64,000 nucleotides of DNA from the NCBI GenBank assembly GCA_963813335.1, contig CAWEYL010000001.1, positions 928,001 through 992,000 of the forward strand, given 5' to 3'. This document shows, in pieces, positions 9,001-20,568 of this stretch. Positions within the stretch are counted from its first letter, which is position 1. Every line of letters begins with the position of its first letter. Source of the DNA: an uncultured Chloroflexia bacterium. Its GTDB lineage: Bacteria > Chloroflexota > Limnocylindria > Limnocylindrales > CSP1-4. The notes under the pieces are model-generated. The model searched no databases and was not told where the DNA came from. It saw nothing but the letters and a program-made list of their open reading frames with translations. The position numbers were made by a program, and so were the translations under genes.

Positions 9001-11747
9001 CAGGCCTTCGCTTGGACGGCGGCGCGCACCGCGTCCAGGGCGGCCGGCAGCCCGTCGCGCCGGCGGCCCGCTCCCTGGGCCATCTCGGGACGCCCGCCGC
9101 CCCGGCCGTCGAGCGCCGGCATGGCGGCGCGCACGAGGTCGCCGGCGGCGATCCCGCGCGCGACCAGGTCGGACGACACGGTCACGAACAGCTGCGGCTC
9201 GTCCGCGTCAAGGGCGAGTGCGACGACGCCCGACCCGAGCGCCTTGCTGACCGAGCGCGCCGCGCCCTTGAGGGCCTCCATGGACTCGTACGGCGCGGCG
9301 TGCGCCACCACCCGGACGCCAGGCCCCACCTCGACGGCGTCCGCGGCGAGCTGCTCGGGTGCGGCGATGGCCGCCCCGCCGCCGGCCTTCAGCCGCTTCC
9401 TCGCCTCGCGAAGCTCGTCCTGCAGGCCGCCGATCCGCTCCGGGACCGCCTCGAGCGACTGGGCGCCGACCGCCTCGGCGGCCCGCTCGAGCGTGTCCAG
9501 GCGGGCGCGGATGAGCGCGTCCGCCCCAGCGCCGGTCACGGCCTCGATCCGCCTGGTGCCGGACCCGATGCTCCGCTCCGAAGTGATGACGAAGGCGCCG
9601 ATCTGGCCGCTCGCCCGGCAGTGGGTGCCGCCGCACAGCTCGAACGAGTAGTCCTGGACGCGGATGGTCCGGACGGTCTCGCCGTACTTCTCATCGAAGA
9701 AGGCGTCCGCGCCGCCTTCGATCGCCTCGGCCATGCTCATGAACGCGATGGAGACGGGCCGGTCCTCGCGGATGATGCGGCGGACCTCGTCCTCGATGGC
9801 GCGGCGCTCGTCGTCGGTCAGCGCCCGGTCGAACGGGAAGTCGAAGCGCAGGCCCTCCGGGGTGACGAGCGAGCCGGCCTGGCGGGCCCGCTCGCCCACC
9901 ACGTTGCGGAGCGCCCGGTGGAGCAGGTGCGTGCCCGTGTGGTTGCGCATCGTGTGCGCGCGCCGATCCGCGTCGACCTCGGCGCTCACGGTCTCGCCGA
10001 CGCGCAGCCGGCCGCGCAGGGTCCCCCGCTGGACGATGAGGCCGCCGAGGGGCTTCTGGGTGTCCTCGACGTCGAAGAGGACGCTGCCGCCGCCCGGCTC
10101 TCGCAGGACCCCGCGGTCGCCGACCTGCCCGCCGCCCTCGGCGTAGAAGGGCGTCCGGTCCAGGATCACCTCGACCGCGCCGTGGCCGGTCAGCTCGTCG
10201 AACTCGGTCCCGTCGCGCAGGATCGCGACCACGCGGCCGTCGGCGGTCGTGGTGTCGTAGCCGAGGAAGGCCGTGTCGCCGGCGCGGGCGTGGACGGCCT
10301 GGTAGATGGCGGTCAGGCCGGCATGCTTCGAGAGCTCGGCCTTCTTGCCCGAGCGCGAGCGGTCGCGCTGCTCGGCCAGCGCGGCATCGAACCCGGCGCG
10401 GTCCACGCCGACCCCGTGCTCGGCGGCCAGCTCGATGGTCAGGTCGATCGGGAACCCGAACGTGTCATGCAGCTTGAAGGCCACCTCGCCCGACAGCTGC
10501 GGCACTTCGGCTGGCAGGTCCTCGGGTCGCCGTCCCACGATCCGGTCGCTGGTCGTCAGGCCACCCAGCGCCTCCTCGAGCAGCCGCGAGCCCGCGCCGA
10601 GCGTCCGGGCGAACTGCGCCTCCTCGCGGGCGACGACCGAGAGGATCTCGTCCCGCCGCTCCACGAGATGCGGGTACGCCCCGCCCATGACGTCGATGAC
10701 GACCCCCGCGGTCTCGGCCATGAACGGCGCCTGGCGGCCGAGCAGCCGGCCGTGGCGGACGGCCCGGCGCAGGATCCGGCGCAGGACGTAGCCGCGCCCT
10801 TCGTTGGAGGGCAGGACGTCGTCGCCGATCAGGAAGGTCACGGCCCGGGAGTGGTCGGCGATCACCTGGAAGCTGAAGCGCTCGGCCTCGAACGCCTCCG
10901 GGTCATGGCCCAGCAGCTCGCGCATCCGCTCGTGGATCGGCGCGAAGAGGTCGGTGTCGTAGTTGGACGGGACCTGCTGGATGACGCTCGCGAGGCGCTC
11001 CAGGCCCATCCCGGTGTCGACGCTCGGGAACGGCAGCGGGACGCGGCCGTCGGGCCGCTGGTCGAACTCCATGAACACGAGGTTCCAGATCTCCAGCCAG
11101 CGCGGACAGGTCTCCGAGTGGTCGGGCACGCACTCGGGGCCTTCCGACAGATGCGCGCCGCGATCGAAGTGGATCTCGCTGCACGGGCCGCACGGGCCGG
11201 TCTCGGCCATCCGCCAGAAGTTGTGGTCGTCACCGCGGTCGACGTCGCCCCAGGCCGCCATCCGCTCGGGCGGGATGCCGATCTCGTCGCGCCAGATCGC
11301 CCGCGAAACCTCGTCGTCCGTGTAGGTCGTGACGGCGAGCCGATCGCCGGGGATGCCGAGGTCGCGGGTCAGGAAGTCCCAGGCGTACTGGATCGCCTCG
11401 CGCTTGAAGTAGTCGCCGAAGCTCCAGTTCCCCAGCATCTCGAAGAGCGTGTGGTGGCGCGGAGACCGGCCGATCTCCTCGAAGTCGTTGTGCTTGCCGG
11501 CGACGCGCAGGCAGCGCTGGTAATCGACGGCGCGGGTGTACGAGCGGGTCTCCGCCCCGGTGAAGACCTCCTTGAACTGGACCATCCCGGAGTTGGTGAA
11601 CAGCAGGGTCTGGTCGCCCGCCGGGACGAGGCTGGCGCTCGGGACGGCGGCATGCCCGCGCTCGGCGAAGAACTCCACGAACCGCCGACGGATCTCGGCG
11701 GCCGGCAGGGAGACGATCCGCGGATCTGGGGCCTCGGCGGGTGGCAT
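9000..11747 (-). CDS. alaS: Alanine--tRNA ligase
   Basis: LLFTNSGMVQFK, FEMLGNWSFGDYFK, GPCGPCSEI, HTGTHLLH, ELCGGTH, GGGRPEMAQG. Confidence 0.98.
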   Translation of the reverse strand: MPPAEAPDPRIVSLPAAEIRRRFVEFFAERGHAAVPSASLVPAGDQTLLFTNSGMVQFKEVFTGAETRSYTRAVDYQRCLRVAGKHNDFEEIGRSPRHHTLFEMLGNWSFGDYFKREAIQYAWDFLTRDLGIPGDRLAVTTYTDDEVSRAIWRDEIGIPPERMAAWGDVDRGDDHNFWRMAETGPCGPCSEIHFDRGAHLSEGPECVPDHSETCPRWLEIWNLVFMEFDQRPDGRVPLPFPSVDTGMGLERLASVIQQVPSNYDTDLFAPIHERMRELLGHDPEAFEAERFSFQVIADHSRAVTFLIGDDVLPSNEGRGYVLRRILRRAVRHGRLLGRQAPFMAETAGVVIDVMGGAYPHLVERRDEILSVVAREEAQFARTLGAGSRLLEEALGGLTTSDRIVGRRPEDLPAEVPQLSGEVAFKLHDTFGFPIDLTIELAAEHGVGVDRAGFDAALAEQRDRSRSGKKAELSKHAGLTAIYQAVHARAGDTAFLGYDTTTADGRVVAILRDGTEFDELTGHGAVEVILDRTPFYAEGGGQVGDRGVLREPGGGSVLFDVEDTQKPLGGLIVQRGTLRGRLRVGETVSAEVDADRRAHTMRNHTGTHLLHRALRNVVGERARQAGSLVTPEGLRFDFPFDRALTDDERRAIEDEVRRIIREDRPVSIAFMSMAEAIEGGADAFFDEKYGETVRTIRVQDYSFELCGGTHCRASGQIGAFVITSERSIGSGTRRIEAVTGAGADALIRARLDTLERAAEAVGAQSLEAVPERIGGLQDELREARKRLKAGGGAAIAAPEQLAADAVEVGPGVRVVAHAAPYESMEALKGAARSVSKALGSGVVALALDADEPQLFVTVSSDLVARGIAAGDLVRAAMPALDGRGGGRPEMAQGAGRRRDGLPAALDAVRAAVQAKA

Positions 11748-11784
11748 CGGGCGCAATGGTACCGAACGCAGCGCCCGCGGCGGC

Positions 11785-12498
11785 TCAGGTCGGCGGTATG
11801 GGCAGGAACGACATGTCCGCGCCGGCGGCGAGCTCGACCGGTTCCCGCCCGTGACGGAAGATCCGCACCGTCTCGGGGCCGAGATAGCGGACGGTGCGGT
11901 CGTCCACGCGGAACATCGTCCCCTCGCGGAGACCGGTGACGATCACCTCGGGATGCAGCTCCAGATACTCGAGGATCCGCATCTCGCGGGTCTCGCCCTC
12001 GAACCCCGGCGGGTTGCCGTGGACGTAGTGCGGATTGATCTGCCAGCCGATCAGGCGCAGGGCGTCCATCCCGCGCGGATCGCTGATCGGCATGTCGTTC
12101 GTCGTGCCGATCGTGGGACAGGCCACGTTCGCGCCGGCGCTCCAGCCGATGTACGGGACGCCGCCGAGGACCTGCTCGCGGATCACCGGGAGCAGGCCCG
12201 CCCCTCGGAGCGATCGGAGCAGCTCCCAGGTGTTGCCACCGCCCACGGCGATCGCGTCGGCGGCGCGGATCGCCGCGATCGGGTCACCGTCCTCGAGGAT
12301 CCCGCGGACCGATCGCCCGGCGCCGCCCAGGACCGGGGTCACCGCCTCCAGGTACGCGTCGTACCTGCGCAGCACGGCGGCGTACGGCACGAAGGCGACG
12401 GTCCTGGCGTCGGCGAGGACCTCGTCGATCTCGGCGCGTGCGTGCGCAAGCGGCGCCTGGCCGGCCTGCTGGCCGTTGCTCAGCAGCAGCAGGCGCAC
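11785..12498 (-). CDS. pepE: Dipeptidase E (S51 family)
   Basis: VGGGNT, YIGWSAGANV, QINPHY, GETREMRI. Confidence 0.92.
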   Translation of the reverse strand: MRLLLLSNGQQAGQAPLAHARAEIDEVLADARTVAFVPYAAVLRRYDAYLEAVTPVLGGAGRSVRGILEDGDPIAAIRAADAIAVGGGNTWELLRSLRGAGLLPVIREQVLGGVPYIGWSAGANVACPTIGTTNDMPISDPRGMDALRLIGWQINPHYVHGNPPGFEGETREMRILEYLELHPEVIVTGLREGTMFRVDDRTVRYLGPETVRIFRHGREPVELAAGADMSFLPIPPT

Positions 12499-12501
12499 CC
12501 G

Positions 12502-12780
12502 TCAGGCCTTGCGCTCGAAGGGGCCGAGCACGGCGAGGACGCTGACGATCGCGATGCCCGCCCACGACCCGATGAGCGCGGCCAGGAGGCGGAAGTCGCC
12601 GATCGAGAGCACCGTGATCCCGAGCCGGTCGCCGAGCGTGTCGCCGGCCCACGCCCCCAGGATCGCCGCCCCGACCAGCAGCGGCAGCCGTCCCCCCGCC
12701 GTGCCGCGGACGAGCACGTACAGGGCGACGTCGAAGACCCCGACCAGGACCCCGAGGATCAGCGCGGGATCGATGCTCAC
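12502..12780 (-). CDS. Small three-TM membrane protein
   Basis: 92 aa, strongly hydrophobic, GTGA overlap with the mnmA stop. Confidence 0.75.
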   Translation of the reverse strand: MSIDPALILGVLVGVFDVALYVLVRGTAGGRLPLLVGAAILGAWAGDTLGDRLGITVLSIGDFRLLAALIGSWAGIAIVSVLAVLGPFERKA

Positions 12781-13874
12781 GCCGAGGCCGCGAGGACCGC
12801 CGGTCGGGCGATCCGGCCGCCGCCGAGCACCTCGTCGCCGTCGTACAGCACCGCGGCCTGGCCCGGCGACACGGCCCAGACCGGCGTGTCGGTCGTCACG
12901 GTCCAGCGCCGCTCGCCGGCCGGACGGACGCTGGCCCCGACCGGCGTGGCCCGGTGCCGGATCCGGATGCTCGCCCGGAACTCGCGATCAGGGGCCGCGC
13001 CGGCGACGAACGAGGCGCGTTCCAGCTCGACGGTCCTGGTCTCCAGGTCCTCGCGCCGGCCCAGTTGGATGGTGTTCGTGAGCGGATCGATGCGGCTGAC
13101 GTAGCGTGGCTGGCCGAGGGCGACGCCGAGGCCCTGGCGCTGGCCGACCGTGTAGCCCGCCGTCCCGCCGTGCTCCCCGACCCGCTCGCCGTCGACGTCG
13201 AGCAGCGGGCCGGGCTCCGGGCGCCAGCCGGCGCGGTCCCGCAGCGCGTCGCGGTAGTCGCCGCCCGGCACGAAGCAGATCTCCTGGCTCTCGGGCTTCT
13301 CCGCGGTCGCGAGGCCCAGGCGGCGCGCGATCGCGCGGACCTCGGGCTTGGTCAGCTCGCCGAGCGGGAAGCGGGCGTGGTCCAGCTGGTCCTGGCGCAG
13401 GCCGTACAGGAAGTAGGTCTGGTCCTTCTCCTCGTCGCGGGCGCGGCGCAGGCGGGCGCGGCCGTCCTCGCCGACGACACGGCGCGCATAGTGGCCGGTC
13501 GCCACCGCCTCGCACTCGTACAGGTGCCGGGCGCGGCCGAGCAGCGCCCCGAACTTCACGTACGTGTTGCAGTCGACGCACGGGCTCGGCGTGCGGCCGT
13601 CCAGGTACGCGTCGAGGAACGGCTGCAGGACGCCGGCATCGAACTCGCGCTCGAGGTTCATGACATAGAACGGGATGTCGAGCTGCGCGGCGACGCGCCG
13701 GGCGTCGTCGGCGGCGTCCAGCGAGCAGCAGCTCTTCTTGAACTCGGAGTAGGTGTCGGCCACGTCGTGGAGGCGCATCCACACGCCGACGACCTCGTGC
13801 CCCTCGTCGTGCAGGAGCGCCGCGGCCACCGAGCTGTCGACGCCGCCCGACATGGCGACGAGGATGCGACTCAC
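12777..13874 (-). CDS. mnmA: tRNA 2-thiouridine(34) synthase MnmA
   Basis: [56 protein letters not shown]. Confidence 0.97.
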   Translation of the reverse strand: MSRILVAMSGGVDSSVAAALLHDEGHEVVGVWMRLHDVADTYSEFKKSCCSLDAADDARRVAAQLDIPFYVMNLEREFDAGVLQPFLDAYLDGRTPSPCVDCNTYVKFGALLGRARHLYECEAVATGHYARRVVGEDGRARLRRARDEEKDQTYFLYGLRQDQLDHARFPLGELTKPEVRAIARRLGLATAEKPESQEICFVPGGDYRDALRDRAGWRPEPGPLLDVDGERVGEHGGTAGYTVGQRQGLGVALGQPRYVSRIDPLTNTIQLGRREDLETRTVELERASFVAGAAPDREFRASIRIRHRATPVGASVRPAGERRWTVTTDTPVWAVSPGQAAVLYDGDEVLGGGRIARPAVLAASA

Positions 13875-15055
13875 GCGAGGACGCCCTGCCCGAGCGGGTC
13901 CGCGGCGACGGATGCGGCGCCGACGCGCATCGAGGCGATGACCCGCGGCACGACCTCGCTCGCGAGGGCGATCTCCTCCTCGGTCGTGGTCCGGCCGAGC
14001 GACAGGCGGAGCGCCCCGCGGGCCTCCTCCTCGGGGTAGCCCATCGCGGTGAGCACGTGGCTGACCTCGGTCGATCCGGTGGTGCAGGCGCTCCCCACCG
14101 AGGCGGCGATGCCCTCCAGGTCGAGCGCCAGCGCGACCGCGCTCCCGTCGGTGTCGCGCGCGATGACCGAGAGATGGCCGGGCAGGCGGTCCTTGGGGTG
14201 GCCGGTCATCTCCGTGCCGGCGACCGCGAGCACGGCCTTCCCGAGGCGGTCGCGCAGCCGCCGCAGCCGGGCGACCGTCGCGGGTCGCTCCTCGCAGGAC
14301 AGGTCGTAGGCCGCGGCCGTGCCCACGGCGCCGGCGACGTTCTCCGTCCCGGCGCGGCGGTGGCGCTCCTGGGTACCGCCCTGCTGCTGCGCGAGGATGT
14401 GGGTCCCGTGGCGGACATACAGCGCGCCGGCGCCCTTCGGGCCCTCGAACTTGTGCGCGCCGAGCGAGACAAGGTCGGCGCCGAGCGCCTCGACGTCGAG
14501 ATCGACGTGCGGGGCGGCCTGCACCGCGTCGACGTGCAGGAGGACCCCCTTGCGGCTGCGGACCCGCTCCGCGATGGCCGCGATCGGCTGGAACGTGCCG
14601 ACCTCGTTGTTGGCCAGCATCACCGACACCAGGATGGTCCGGTCGGTCAGGGCGGCCTCGAGCTGGTCCGGGTCGACCCGGCCATAGCGGTCGACCGGCA
14701 GCTCGAGGATCTCGAACCCGAACTTCTCGAGGTAGCGGAGCGTGTGGCCGACCGCGTGGTGCTCGACCGCGGACGTGACGATGCGATGGCCGCGCGCCTT
14801 GCCGGCCCAGGCGGCGCCCTTCAGCGCGAGGTTGTTGGCCTCGGTCCCGCCCGAGGTGAAGACGATCTCGCGCGCCTCGGCGTGGAGCCGCGCCGCGAGC
14901 CGCTCGTGGGCGTCGTCGAGGCCGGAGCGGGCGGCCCGACCGAAGGCATGGGCCGAGCTGGGGTTGCCGAAGGTGTCGGTGAGATAGGGCAGCATCGCGT
15001 CGAGGACCTCGCGGCGGAGTGGGGTCGTCGCCGCGTGGTCGAGGTAGATCGCCAT
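13871..15055 (-). CDS. iscS: Cysteine desulfurase (IscS/NifS type)
   Basis: [37 protein letters not shown]; coupled to mnmA. Confidence 0.95.
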   Translation of the reverse strand: MAIYLDHAATTPLRREVLDAMLPYLTDTFGNPSSAHAFGRAARSGLDDAHERLAARLHAEAREIVFTSGGTEANNLALKGAAWAGKARGHRIVTSAVEHHAVGHTLRYLEKFGFEILELPVDRYGRVDPDQLEAALTDRTILVSVMLANNEVGTFQPIAAIAERVRSRKGVLLHVDAVQAAPHVDLDVEALGADLVSLGAHKFEGPKGAGALYVRHGTHILAQQQGGTQERHRRAGTENVAGAVGTAAAYDLSCEERPATVARLRRLRDRLGKAVLAVAGTEMTGHPKDRLPGHLSVIARDTDGSAVALALDLEGIAASVGSACTTGSTEVSHVLTAMGYPEEEARGALRLSLGRTTTEEEIALASEVVPRVIASMRVGAASVAADPLGQGVLA

Positions 15056-15231
15056 GGCCTCGATCGTACACCCGGCGCCCCCACCCGACCCCTTCGCGCG
15101 ATCGCGCCGGCGCCGACGTTCGTCCATGCCCGACCCCGTCGTTGGCCGATGGGCCTCGTGCGGCCCGGGCGTCAAGGTCCGGGTCAGACAGACATGACGC
15201 GACCGCCGCGTCACACAGGAGACACTTCCCC

Positions 15232-15420
15232 ATGATCGAACTCATCACCGTCGTCGTCATCGCGGCCTTCGTCGCGTTCATCGTCGCGGTCGCGCGGCTC
15301 GGTGCCGACGAGGCCTTCGACGTTCCCGGCCTGTTCGGCCGGCCCGGCGTCATCGAGCGGGCCCGCGGCATCCAGGAGAACGACCTTCCGCCCTTCCAAT
15401 TCGGTCCACAGGGCGCCTGA
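15232..15420 (+). CDS. Small membrane-anchored hypothetical protein (62 aa)
   Basis: AGGAG Shine-Dalgarno upstream; N-terminal TM; fills an intergenic gap. Confidence 0.6.
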   Translation: MIELITVVVIAAFVAFIVAVARLGADEAFDVPGLFGRPGVIERARGIQENDLPPFQFGPQGA

Positions 15421-15451
15421 CATCCTCGGGCCGGTGTGGCACGATCGGGCC

Positions 15452-15940
15452 ATGCCGGACGCTCCCGACAACAAGCCCGTCGTCCATCGGCGCGACGCCG
15501 AGGGACGCATGCAGGTCGGCCCGGACTGGGAGACCTTGATCGAGCGCCAGGTCCGCGAGGCGATGCAGCAGGGCAAGTTCGACGGCCTGCCCTACCAGGG
15601 CGAGCCCCTGCCCGATGACGACAACCCGTACGCGGGGGACTGGGCGCTGGCGCTCCACATGCTCAAGTCCGCGGGGGTCGCGCCGCCGTGGATCGAAGCG
15701 GACAAGGAGGTCCGCGACCTCCTCGCGCGACGCGACGCGCTCGTGGCGCGCGCCGCGGCGGGACCCGCACCGACGTCGTATGCCAGCCGCCGGGACCGCG
15801 CCGCGCTCGAGGGGCTGGTCGTCCGCATCAACGCGGCCATCGCGAAGGTCAACGCCGAGGCGCCGACGACCCGCCAGCACCGCCGGCCCCTCGTCCTCGC
15901 CGACGAGATCGCGCGCTACGACGAGGCCTGCCGCCGATAG
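15452..15940 (+). CDS. DUF1992 (DnaJC28-like) domain protein
   Basis: [38 protein letters not shown]. Confidence 0.85.
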   Translation: MPDAPDNKPVVHRRDAEGRMQVGPDWETLIERQVREAMQQGKFDGLPYQGEPLPDDDNPYAGDWALALHMLKSAGVAPPWIEADKEVRDLLARRDALVARAAAGPAPTSYASRRDRAALEGLVVRINAAIAKVNAEAPTTRQHRRPLVLADEIARYDEACRR

Positions 15941-15949
15941 GCGGAGCGC

Positions 15950-17887
15950 TCAGGCCTGGTCGGCCGCGTCCCCGCGCTCGACGGCGCGCCGCAGGTCGTC
16001 CTCGCGACCCGCCGCCCGCCGACGGTCGTGCTGCGAGAGCAGCCGCTTGCGCAGCCTGATCGAGAGCGGGGTCACCTCGACGAGCTCGTCGTCGGCGATG
16101 AACTCGATCGCGGTCTCCAGCGTGATCTCGCGCGGCGGTGTCAGGCGCAACGATTCGTCGTGCGAGTGGGTCCGGATGTTGGTGAGCTTCTTCTCCTTGG
16201 TCGGGTTGACGTCCATGTCGCCCGACCGGCTGTTCTCGCCGACGATCATCCCCTCGTAGGTCTCGACCCCGGCGCCGATGAACAGCTCGGCGCGCTGCTC
16301 GAGGTTGAACAGGCCGTAGGCGTTGGACGTGCCGGCCCGGTCGCTGACCAGCACGCCGTTGGTCCGGTGCGTGACCTCGCCGGCCCACGGGCCGTACCCC
16401 TCGCCGATCTGGTGCAGCAGCGCCGTGCCGCGCGTCTCGGTCAGCAGCTGGCCGCGGTAGCCGATCAGGCCGCGGACCGGCAGCACGAACTCCATCCGGA
16501 CCCGTCCGTCGGTATCGGTCGACATCTGGTCGAGGCGGCCCTTCCGGCCGGCCATCGCGCTCTGGATCTCGCCGATGTACTCGGGCGGGATGTCGACGGT
16601 GATCCGCTCGTACGGCTCGTGGACCTCGCCGCCGACCTCGCGCAGGAGGACCTCCGGTCGCGATGCGGTGAGCTCGTAGCCCTCGCGGCGCATCTGCTCG
16701 ATGAGGACGGCCAGCTGGAGCTCGCCGCGGCCGCGGACCTCGAACGCCTCGCTCGACTCGGCCGGGCGGATCTCGATCGAGACGTTGCCGAGCACCTCCT
16801 TCTCGAGGCGGGCCTTGATCTGGCGGCTGGTGACGTACTTGCCCTCGCGGCCGGCCAGCGGCGAGGTGTTCACGCCGAACGTCATCCGCAGGGTCGGGGC
16901 GTCGACGTCGAGCCGGGGCAGCGGTCGCGGGTCGGCCGGCTCGGTCAGGGTGTCGCCGATGGTGACCTCGGGCAGGCCCGCCACGCTGACGATGTCGCCC
17001 GGGCCGGCCTCCTCGATGTCGATCCGCTCGATCCCGTGCGCCGTCTGCAGGCTGGTGACCGTCCCGGTCAGGGTGATGGTCCGGCCGGGCTCGACGGAGC
17101 CCGCCGTGTCGGCGGCCTCCTCGCGCACGATGGCGACGCGCTGGCCGGTGCGGATCGTGCCGTTCCAGATGCGCCCGACCGCCATCCGCCCGACGTAGTC
17201 GTTCGCGGACAGGTTCGTGACCAGGAGCTGGAGCGGATGGCCGGGCACGTACGACGGCGGCGGCGTGACCTCGATCAGCAGGTCGAGCAGCGGCCGCAGG
17301 TCCGTGCCCGGCACGGCCAGGTCGCGGGTCGCGGTGCCGGTCTTCGCGTTCGTGTAGACGATCGGGAACTCGATCTGGTGCTCGTCGGCGCCGAGGTCGA
17401 GGAAGAGCTCGTAGATGTCGTCGAGGACCGTGCCCGGGCGGGCGTCGCCGCGGTCGATCTTGTTGATCGCGACCACCACGGGGAGATGCCGCGCCATCGC
17501 CTTCTGGAGGACGTAGCGCGTCTGCGGGAGCGGCCCCTCGGCCGCGTCCACGAGGAGCAGCACCGAGTCGACCATCAGCAGCGAGCGCTCGACCTCGCCG
17601 CCGAAGTCCGCGTGTCCGGGCGTGTCGACGATGTTGAGGCGGTACCCGGCGTGGTCGACGGTGGTCTGCTTGGCGAGGATCGTGATGCCCTTCTCGCGCT
17701 CGAGGTCGCCCGAGTCCATGACCCGGTCGACGACCGCCTGGTTGGCGCGGAAGGTCCCGGTCTGGCGGAGCATCGCGTCGACGAGGGTGGTCTTGCCATG
17801 GTCGACATGGGCCACGATGGCGATGTTGCGCAGCTCGGCGCGGATCGCGCTGGGCATGGCGGCGCTGGCGACGGTGGTGTCGGTCAT
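15950..17887 (-). CDS. typA: Translational GTPase TypA/BipA
   Basis: [55 protein letters not shown]. Confidence 0.97.
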   Translation of the reverse strand: MTDTTVASAAMPSAIRAELRNIAIVAHVDHGKTTLVDAMLRQTGTFRANQAVVDRVMDSGDLEREKGITILAKQTTVDHAGYRLNIVDTPGHADFGGEVERSLLMVDSVLLLVDAAEGPLPQTRYVLQKAMARHLPVVVAINKIDRGDARPGTVLDDIYELFLDLGADEHQIEFPIVYTNAKTGTATRDLAVPGTDLRPLLDLLIEVTPPPSYVPGHPLQLLVTNLSANDYVGRMAVGRIWNGTIRTGQRVAIVREEAADTAGSVEPGRTITLTGTVTSLQTAHGIERIDIEEAGPGDIVSVAGLPEVTIGDTLTEPADPRPLPRLDVDAPTLRMTFGVNTSPLAGREGKYVTSRQIKARLEKEVLGNVSIEIRPAESSEAFEVRGRGELQLAVLIEQMRREGYELTASRPEVLLREVGGEVHEPYERITVDIPPEYIGEIQSAMAGRKGRLDQMSTDTDGRVRMEFVLPVRGLIGYRGQLLTETRGTALLHQIGEGYGPWAGEVTHRTNGVLVSDRAGTSNAYGLFNLEQRAELFIGAGVETYEGMIVGENSRSGDMDVNPTKEKKLTNIRTHSHDESLRLTPPREITLETAIEFIADDELVEVTPLSIRLRKRLLSQHDRRRAAGREDDLRRAVERGDAADQA

Positions 17888-17958
17888 GGGGCGCGCAGTG
17901 TCGCATATCGCCGGACGGAGCGCCGCCGGGTCAACGGCTGCGGTAGCATCGCCGTCCG

Positions 17959-18630
17959 ATGACCGTCGCCGCCGTGATCCTGTCCGCCTCCGCCGAGGGG
18001 GCCCTCGCCGACGCCCAGGGCCAGGCGCGCGTCCGTCGCCTCGCCGACCTGGCCTGGTCGGGCGGTGCGCTGCCGATCGTGGTGGTCTCGCCCGACCCGG
18101 ATGGGGCCGTCGCGAAGGCGTTGCTCGACTCCGAGGCGGTCCACGGGTCGCCGGCACCCCAGGAGGCGGGGCCCGTGGGGCAGATGGTCCGCGGCATCGA
18201 GCTGGCCGCGGCGGAGGTCACGGACCTCGACGCGGCCCTCATCTGGCCGGCCCGCATGACCTGGGTCGGTCCCGAGACGGTCACCTCGCTCATCGAGGCG
18301 CACGGCACCGCGCGCGACACGGTCCTGCGTCCCGGGTGGCACGGCGACCCGGGCTGGCCGGTGCTCGTCCCGCTCGCCCATCTGGGGGTGCTGCGCGCCG
18401 TGGCGCCCGACCGGATGCCGCCCGACGTGATCGCCGACCTGGCGGCCGCCGCGCCGACGCGCATCGTGGAGCTGGGCGACCCCGGGGTCATCTTCGACAC
18501 CGACACGCCCGAGGCCGACCTGCCCGCCTACGAAGGCCCGCCCGATCCCCCGGCCGGGCACACCCACGAGTGGGGCGACGATGTCATCGCTGAGGCGCGG
18601 CTTCCCGACCCGGACGCCGCCGGCGGCTAG
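17959..18630 (+). CDS. MobA/MocA-like NTP-transferase-fold protein, degenerate motifs
   Basis: VAAVIL start, [14 protein letters not shown] resemble MocA/YgfJ; the glycine-rich loop is missing. Confidence 0.65.
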   Translation: MTVAAVILSASAEGALADAQGQARVRRLADLAWSGGALPIVVVSPDPDGAVAKALLDSEAVHGSPAPQEAGPVGQMVRGIELAAAEVTDLDAALIWPARMTWVGPETVTSLIEAHGTARDTVLRPGWHGDPGWPVLVPLAHLGVLRAVAPDRMPPDVIADLAAAAPTRIVELGDPGVIFDTDTPEADLPAYEGPPDPPAGHTHEWGDDVIAEARLPDPDAAGG

Positions 18631-18642
18631 GCCGGGCCGGTC

Positions 18643-19569
18643 TCACCAGTCGCAGGGGGCGTCCCCGGACGGCTGCTCCCAGGCATCGAGATGCACGTAG
18701 GTGAAGCCGGCGTCGAGGTGGCCGTGTGCCGACGACCCGGGCTGCCGCACCAAAGTCACCACCACGTGGCCGTCGCGGTAGCGCTGCGTCGCCAGGTCGA
18801 TCCCGAGGACGACGCTCGGACCCTCGGCTTCGAGTGCCGCGGCGCGGGTCGCGGACGGGTCGGCGGAGCCGAACCAGATCCCCGGCCCCATCGCGATCGG
18901 CGGCGCCTCCGCCAGCATGAACGTCTCATCGCCCGACTCGTCGGGGCTGCTCCAGTGGATCACGACCGCGTCGTCGCCGCCGGGGAACCATTCGCTGCGG
19001 CTCCAGTGCCAGTCGGCGGTGATCGTGGCGCTCCCCTGCCCCGTGGCTGGGTCGTCTGCACAGGTCACGTGCACGTCCATCGCGATGTCGTCCGGGTGCA
19101 GGCCGAGCAGCGCGCCGGCGCCCGTGATGGCGGCGGCCGCCAGGGCCGGCCCGGCGAGGCCCAGCCCGAGGGCGAGGGTCACCGCCACGACGGGCCTGGT
19201 CAGGCTGATCCGCCGGCCGCCGACCGGCCGCGGGTCCGCGAGGAGCACGATCACCGCGCCGATGGCCGCGAGCGGGAACGTGATGGTCGCGTGCGTCAAG
19301 TCGTAGACGACGTCCACCACCCCGCTGACGATCAGCAGCCAGCAGGCGACGATCGTCGCCGGGACGGCCCACGGCCGGTCATGGTCCAGCCCGCGGACCA
19401 GGACTGCCGAGCCGGCGATGACGAGCCCGTATGCGGTGACGATGAACGCCCGGATCGGCCACGGCAGGTCGATCGCGAACACCAGCACGAGGCCGATCGC
19501 CGCGAGGAAGGCGAGCAGGACGAACAGGATCGTGGCGCGGTTGTGGAAGCGAACGGCGCGATCGTCCAT
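18643..19569 (-). CDS. Hypothetical multi-pass membrane protein with extracytoplasmic C-terminal domain
   Basis: About 5 hydrophobic segments then a soluble domain with two Cys; GAGGGG Shine-Dalgarno. Confidence 0.75.
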   Translation of the reverse strand: MDDRAVRFHNRATILFVLLAFLAAIGLVLVFAIDLPWPIRAFIVTAYGLVIAGSAVLVRGLDHDRPWAVPATIVACWLLIVSGVVDVVYDLTHATITFPLAAIGAVIVLLADPRPVGGRRISLTRPVVAVTLALGLGLAGPALAAAAITGAGALLGLHPDDIAMDVHVTCADDPATGQGSATITADWHWSRSEWFPGGDDAVVIHWSSPDESGDETFMLAEAPPIAMGPGIWFGSADPSATRAAALEAEGPSVVLGIDLATQRYRDGHVVVTLVRQPGSSAHGHLDAGFTYVHLDAWEQPSGDAPCDW

Positions 19570-19613
19570 CGGTTCCCCTCAGGCACGGCCGGGATGCCGC
19601 GCCCACGGGCATC

Positions 19614-20558
19614 CTACGCGGCCGTCCCCCCGGAGGCGAGGCCGCCCTGGAGGTTGTCGCGGACGCGGGCGATGGTGCCGGTGGCGAGCGCCAGCCCGAG
19701 CACGACGAGGCCGACGCCCGCGATCTGCCCGCCAGAGGGGGCTTCGCCCAGCAGGATGATCGCGAGGATCACCGTCATCACCGGCTGCGCGAGCAGGATC
19801 GCCGAGGTCAGCACGGCCGGCAGCCGCGGCAGCGAAACCTGGATCAGCAGGTAGCCGATCGACTGGCTCGAGATGCCGTACGCCAGCAGATAGGCGTGGG
19901 CCGGCAGCGACGGGACCAGGTCGAGGTCGCCGACGAGCGCGCCGAAGAGCCCGGCGGCGAGCGCGCACACGAGCGTCGCGACCGCGACCGGGCCGGCCGG
20001 CCGGAACGTGGGCGATGCCCGCCGGATCACCAGCAGGTAGCCGGCGTAGGACGTCGCGGTGATGAGCCCGATGGCTACGCCGAGCTGGGCGTTCACGCCG
20101 TAGGGGATGCCGCCGACGATGCCCGAGATCAGGACGACGCCGAACAGCATCAGCGGCAGGGCGACCATCACCTCCCGGCGCGGGCGCTCGCCCCACAGGA
20201 GCCACGCCGCGATGGCGACGATGACGACCTGGAGGTTGCCCATGATCGTGGCGAGGCCGGCGCCGATGTCGTCGACGACGTAGTGGAAGGTCAGGAGGTC
20301 GGCGGCGAAGAAGACCCCGGCGAGCGCCGACAGCCCGACCGTGCGCCGGCCCATCGGGCCGGCGGAGCGCCACTCCAGCCAGGCGGCCAGCGCCAGCAGC
20401 GGCAGGCCGTAGAGGCAGCGGAACACGACGCCGGTGGACGGCGACACCCCCGACCAGCGGTAGAAGATGCCCGAGAAGGCGATCGCGGTGGCACCGAGCA
20501 GCGCGGCGCTGCGCGGGAAGCGCCCGAGCCGATCGAGCGGGCCGTTGCCCTGGCTCAG
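19614..20558 (-). CDS. DMT/EamA family transporter
   Basis: About 10 TM, duplicated EamA pattern (AWLLWGERP; AIILLGEAP); homologous frame extends upstream of GTG 20447 to a CTG at 20558. Confidence 0.88.
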   Translation of the reverse strand: MSQGNGPLDRLGRFPRSAALLGATAIAFSGIFYRWSGVSPSTGVVFRCLYGLPLLALAAWLEWRSAGPMGRRTVGLSALAGVFFAADLLTFHYVVDDIGAGLATIMGNLQVVIVAIAAWLLWGERPRREVMVALPLMLFGVVLISGIVGGIPYGVNAQLGVAIGLITATSYAGYLLVIRRASPTFRPAGPVAVATLVCALAAGLFGALVGDLDLVPSLPAHAYLLAYGISSQSIGYLLIQVSLPRLPAVLTSAILLAQPVMTVILAIILLGEAPSGGQIAGVGLVVLGLALATGTIARVRDNLQGGLASGGTAA

Positions 20559-20568
20559 TGGATCGCGC

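Noticed and set aside
12777-15371. N-terminally extended ORF-track versions of mnmA, rel, ftsH, the helicase and ychF
   Set aside because: Extensions are Arg/Pro/Gly-rich nonsense overlapping other genes; true starts are marked by overlaps, Shine-Dalgarno or -10 boxes
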